Shown: piece by piece, positions 60,691-64,000 of the stretch | Position numbering within the stretch: position 1 is the first letter of the stretch | Layout: the number at the start of each line of letters is the position of its first letter | From: Mustelus asterias | Taxonomy: Eukaryota | Assembly: GCF_964213995.1 (NCBI RefSeq) | Contig: NC_135808.1 | Span: forward strand, 34,658,001-34,722,000 | Direction: 5' to 3' | Length of the DNA: 64,000 bases | Program-made: the position numbers and the translations under genes | Notes under the pieces: model-generated | What the model was told of the DNA's origin: nothing | Database searches by the model: none | Seen by the model: the letters and a program-made list of their open reading frames with translations, nothing else

Positions 60691-60879
60691 CTATAACTTC
60701 GGTCATTCCAATATTCAACAAGAGGAAATTGGTGGTGATCCAAGTCTGCTAGTTGGAGGTGCAATCTGCTAAATAAAGAGTCAGTGGGGGAATCATTACA
60801 GATATCAGGGAGGTAGATATTTGTGTAGCATGAATGTTGAAGCGAACTCTGATAACAGAAGAGGATGAGGAGAAAGTGA

Positions 60880-62170
60880 AAGATAGATCCTTTGGAGAGG
60901 AGCACTGAGTTTCTGCTAAAGATGCTTCATCCATGGTCAAATAGGAAAGAGTGGAGCCAAGTGGGGACAGACCATTGAGCAGATCAGCAGGGAGGTGTTG
61001 GAGAAGGATGGTGTTAGAGCAGGATGGTGTTGGAGCATCAGGATGGTGTTTGGCATAGTTTACTATGCCAAAGGCTGGATTTGAGGAGGGATAGTGCACC
61101 CTGATCGCAATCACAGAGGATGATCTTTATGATGTTGATGTGGACTGTTTCAGTACTGTGGTAGGAGCAGAAATCTGGTTGGGGTGGGGGGGGTGGATTC
61201 AAATAGGCAGTTGAAGAAAAGATGATGATGATTGATTTAGGAAGTGACAACACGTTGAGTGATCGTGGCAAGAAAAAGAGATTTGAGATGGTGCAGTGGT
61301 TTGCAAGGTCAAGAAAAGTTGGGTTTTGTGAAGAGGAGGGTGAATACTGCAGACGTGACGGGGGGTAGAATTATTCACACTTTCAGTTAACATGGAACCA
61401 GGTAAGGAAATTAGATGGTCAGCAGTCAGATGGGAAAGGGGTTGAGTGAACAAGGAATGGGTTTCTCAGACAAGATGAAGTTGGGGAAGAAATTAGATGA
61501 AATAAGAGAGAAACGAGAGAAAGNNNNNNNNNNNNNNNNNNNNNNNNNNNNNNNNNNNNNNNNNNNNNNNNNNNNNNNNNNNNNNNNNNNNNNNNNNNNN
61601 NNNNNNNNNNNNNNNNNNNNNNNNNNNNNNNNNNNNNNNNNNNNNNNNNNNNNNNNNNNNNNNNNNNNNNNNNNNNNNNNNNNNNNNNNNNNNNNNNNNN
61701 NNNNNNNNNNNNNNNNNNNNNNNAAAGATATTCAGTGCCTACCCTTATTCCCCATGTCAATCCTGAAGTGATTAATAGGTCGGGTGTTAAAGAGTGAGGC
61801 CCACAGGAGAGATGGGGTCCAACAACATCTGGTGATGATGGTTAAACCAGTCCTGTACCAGACATGCTCAAATGTGCAGTCTGAAACGTCAATGCACAGA
61901 TATCAGAGCCATACCCAAGTAGGAAGAGAGCAAAGGTTAGACAGATTAACAACGACGGAAATATTGATAGAGGGTGAAAAGTTGAGAGTTGAACCTTATT
62001 CGTGCTGTTGTAAGAGATTCGGGGGAAGCTTTTTTCTTGGGGTAGGTGTAGAAGGCAGTGGGTTGGACAAGATTGTGAAGAATGTAATGAAGTGGTTAGA
62101 GAGTGCATCATCTGTAAGTGTCGAGGTGTCACAGGACAGACAACTTCAAGAGGGTTGTCATGAATATGGA
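60880..62170 (-). mobile_element. Degraded L2-like LINE fragments flanking the gap
   Basis: FCSYHSTETVHINIIKIILCDCDQG, resembling the L2 GFRxxHSTETAL motif. Confidence 0.45.
61524..61723. other. Assembly gap (200 N)
   Basis: Run of N. Confidence 1.
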
Positions 62171-62199
62171 GGAAGAAGCTAAAGGAAGGCAGCAGAGTA

Positions 62200-64000
62200 A
62201 AGGAAGAAGCTAAAGGAAGGCAGCAGAGTAAAAATAAGAGGGGCTGGTCGGCAGTGTGAGAGGGAGGATAGGCGGGTGAAGGGGAAGGGGAGCTCTCAGA
62301 CTGAAGGGTTGAGGTGTGTTTATTTTAACGCAAGGAATATAGTGAACAAAATGGATGAGCTTAGAGCGTGGATCGCTGCTTGGAAGTGTGATGTGGTGGC
62401 CATTACAGAGAATTGGTTATCTCAGGGTCAGGACTGGGTACTTCAAGTGTCGGGTTTCAGATGTTTCAGGAGGGACAGGGAAGGAGGCAGAAGAGGTGGG
62501 GGAGTGGCACTGTTGATCAGGGATAGTGTCACAGCTGTAGAAAAGATGGATGCCACGGAAGGATTGTCTACAGAATCTCTGTGGATGGAGGTTAGGAACA
62601 GGAAGGGGTCGGTAACTTTACTGGGTGTTTTCTATAGGCCGCCCAATAGTAGTAGAGATGTGGCGGAGCAGATTGGGAAGCAGATTCTGGAGAGATGTGA
62701 TAATAACAGAGTGGTCGTGATGGGAGATTTTAATTTCCCAAATATCGAATGGAATATCCCTAGGGTAAGGGGTTTAGATGGAGAGGACTTTGTTAGGTGT
62801 GTTCAGGAAAGCTTCCTGACACAGTATGTGGATAAGCCTACAAGAGGAGAGGATGTGCTTGATTTGGTATTAGGGAATGAACCTGGGCAGGTATCAGATC
62901 TATCAGTGGGAGAGCATTTTGGGGATAGTGATCATAACTATATCTCCTTTACGCTAGCATTGGAGAGAGATAGGATCAGCCGAGCTAGGAAAGTGTTTAT
63001 CTGGAGTAAGGGCAACCATGATGCTATTAGGCAGGAAATTAGAGGCATAAATTGGAAGGAGGTTTTCTCAGGGAAATGTACGGAAGAAATGTGGCAAATT
63101 TTCAAGGAAAATTTGTCTGGAGCTCTGCATGGCAATGTTCCGGTGCAACAGGGGAGTTATGGTAGGTTACAGGAACCGTGGTGCACGAAAGCTGTAACGG
63201 ATTTAGTCAGGAAGAAAAGAAAAGCCTACAAAAGGTTCAGGGAGCTAGGTAATGTTAGAAATCTAGAATAGTATACGACTAGTAGGAAGGAACTAAAGAG
63301 GGAAATTAGAAGAGCCAGGAGGGGACATGAGAAGGCCTTGGCAGACAGGATAAAGGAAAATCCCAAGGCATTCTACAAGTATGTGAAGAGCAAGAGGATA
63401 AGATGTGAAGGAGTAGGACCTATCAAATGTGACGGTGGGAAAGTCTGTATTGAACCGGTTGAAATGCAGAGGTACTCAATGAATACTTTGCTTCAGTATT
63501 CACAGTGGAAAAGGATCTTGGTAGTTGCAGTGCAGACTTGCAGTGGACTGAGAAGATTGAGCATGTGGACATTAGGAAAGAGGATGTGTTGGAGCTGTTG
63601 AAAAGCATCAAGTTAGATAAATCGCCGGGACCGGATGGGATGTACCCCAGGTTACTGTGGGAGGCGAGGGAAGAGATTATTGATCCTCTGGCGATGATCT
63701 TTGCGTCATCAATGGAGACGGGAGAGGTTCCGGAGGATGTGGTTCCGTTATTCAAGAAAGGGAGAAGAGATAGCCCAGGAAATTATAGACCGGTGAGTCT
63801 AACCTCAGTGGTAGGTAAGTTGATGGAGAAGATCCTGAGAGGCAGGATTTATGAGCATTTGGAAAGGAGTAGGATGATCAGAAGTAGCCAGCACGGCTTT
63901 GTCCAAGGCAGATCATGCCTTACGAGTCTGATTGAGTTTTTTGAAGATGTGACTAGACTCTTAGACGGGGGAAGAGCAGTAGATTTATATGGATTTCAGT
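62200..64000 (+). mobile_element. CR1 subfamily A-related ORF2 (APE and RT start), degenerate, runs off the window
   Basis: 331-aa APE frame at 62276-63271 close to the 601-3506 protein; stop at 63269 and later frameshifts. Confidence 0.9.

Noticed and set aside
61415-61771. ORFs spanning the N run
   Set aside because: Artefact of the assembly gap.

Overview
This is eukaryotic genomic DNA from a cartilaginous fish, most likely a shark; the assignment is inferred from HE1-like V-SINEs, HER1/CR1 LINEs, Deu-domain SINEs and the MHC protein sequence. One intact host gene spans about 39 kb on the + strand: a six-exon MHC class II beta chain gene. Its CDS is 16973-17075, 22697-22957, 36316-36597, 37945-38061, 44128-44157 and 55783-55808 (819 nt, 272 aa, all introns GT-AG phase 1). 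Its promoter has an HLA-DRA-like X box and Y box with the canonical 20-bp spacer, followed by ten further same-orientation inverted CCAAT boxes. A 44-bp minisatellite copies the exon-1 splice donor eight times. The rest of the window is mostly nested transposon debris: CR1 LINEs (one full length), Penelope-like elements carrying minimal hammerhead-ribozyme motifs, PIF/Harbinger transposons and MITEs, Rex1-like and L2 fragments, SINEs and U2-derived fragments. There are also four separate local inverted duplications and a 200-N assembly gap. No class II alpha gene is visible. TE boundaries without a stated TSD are approximate.
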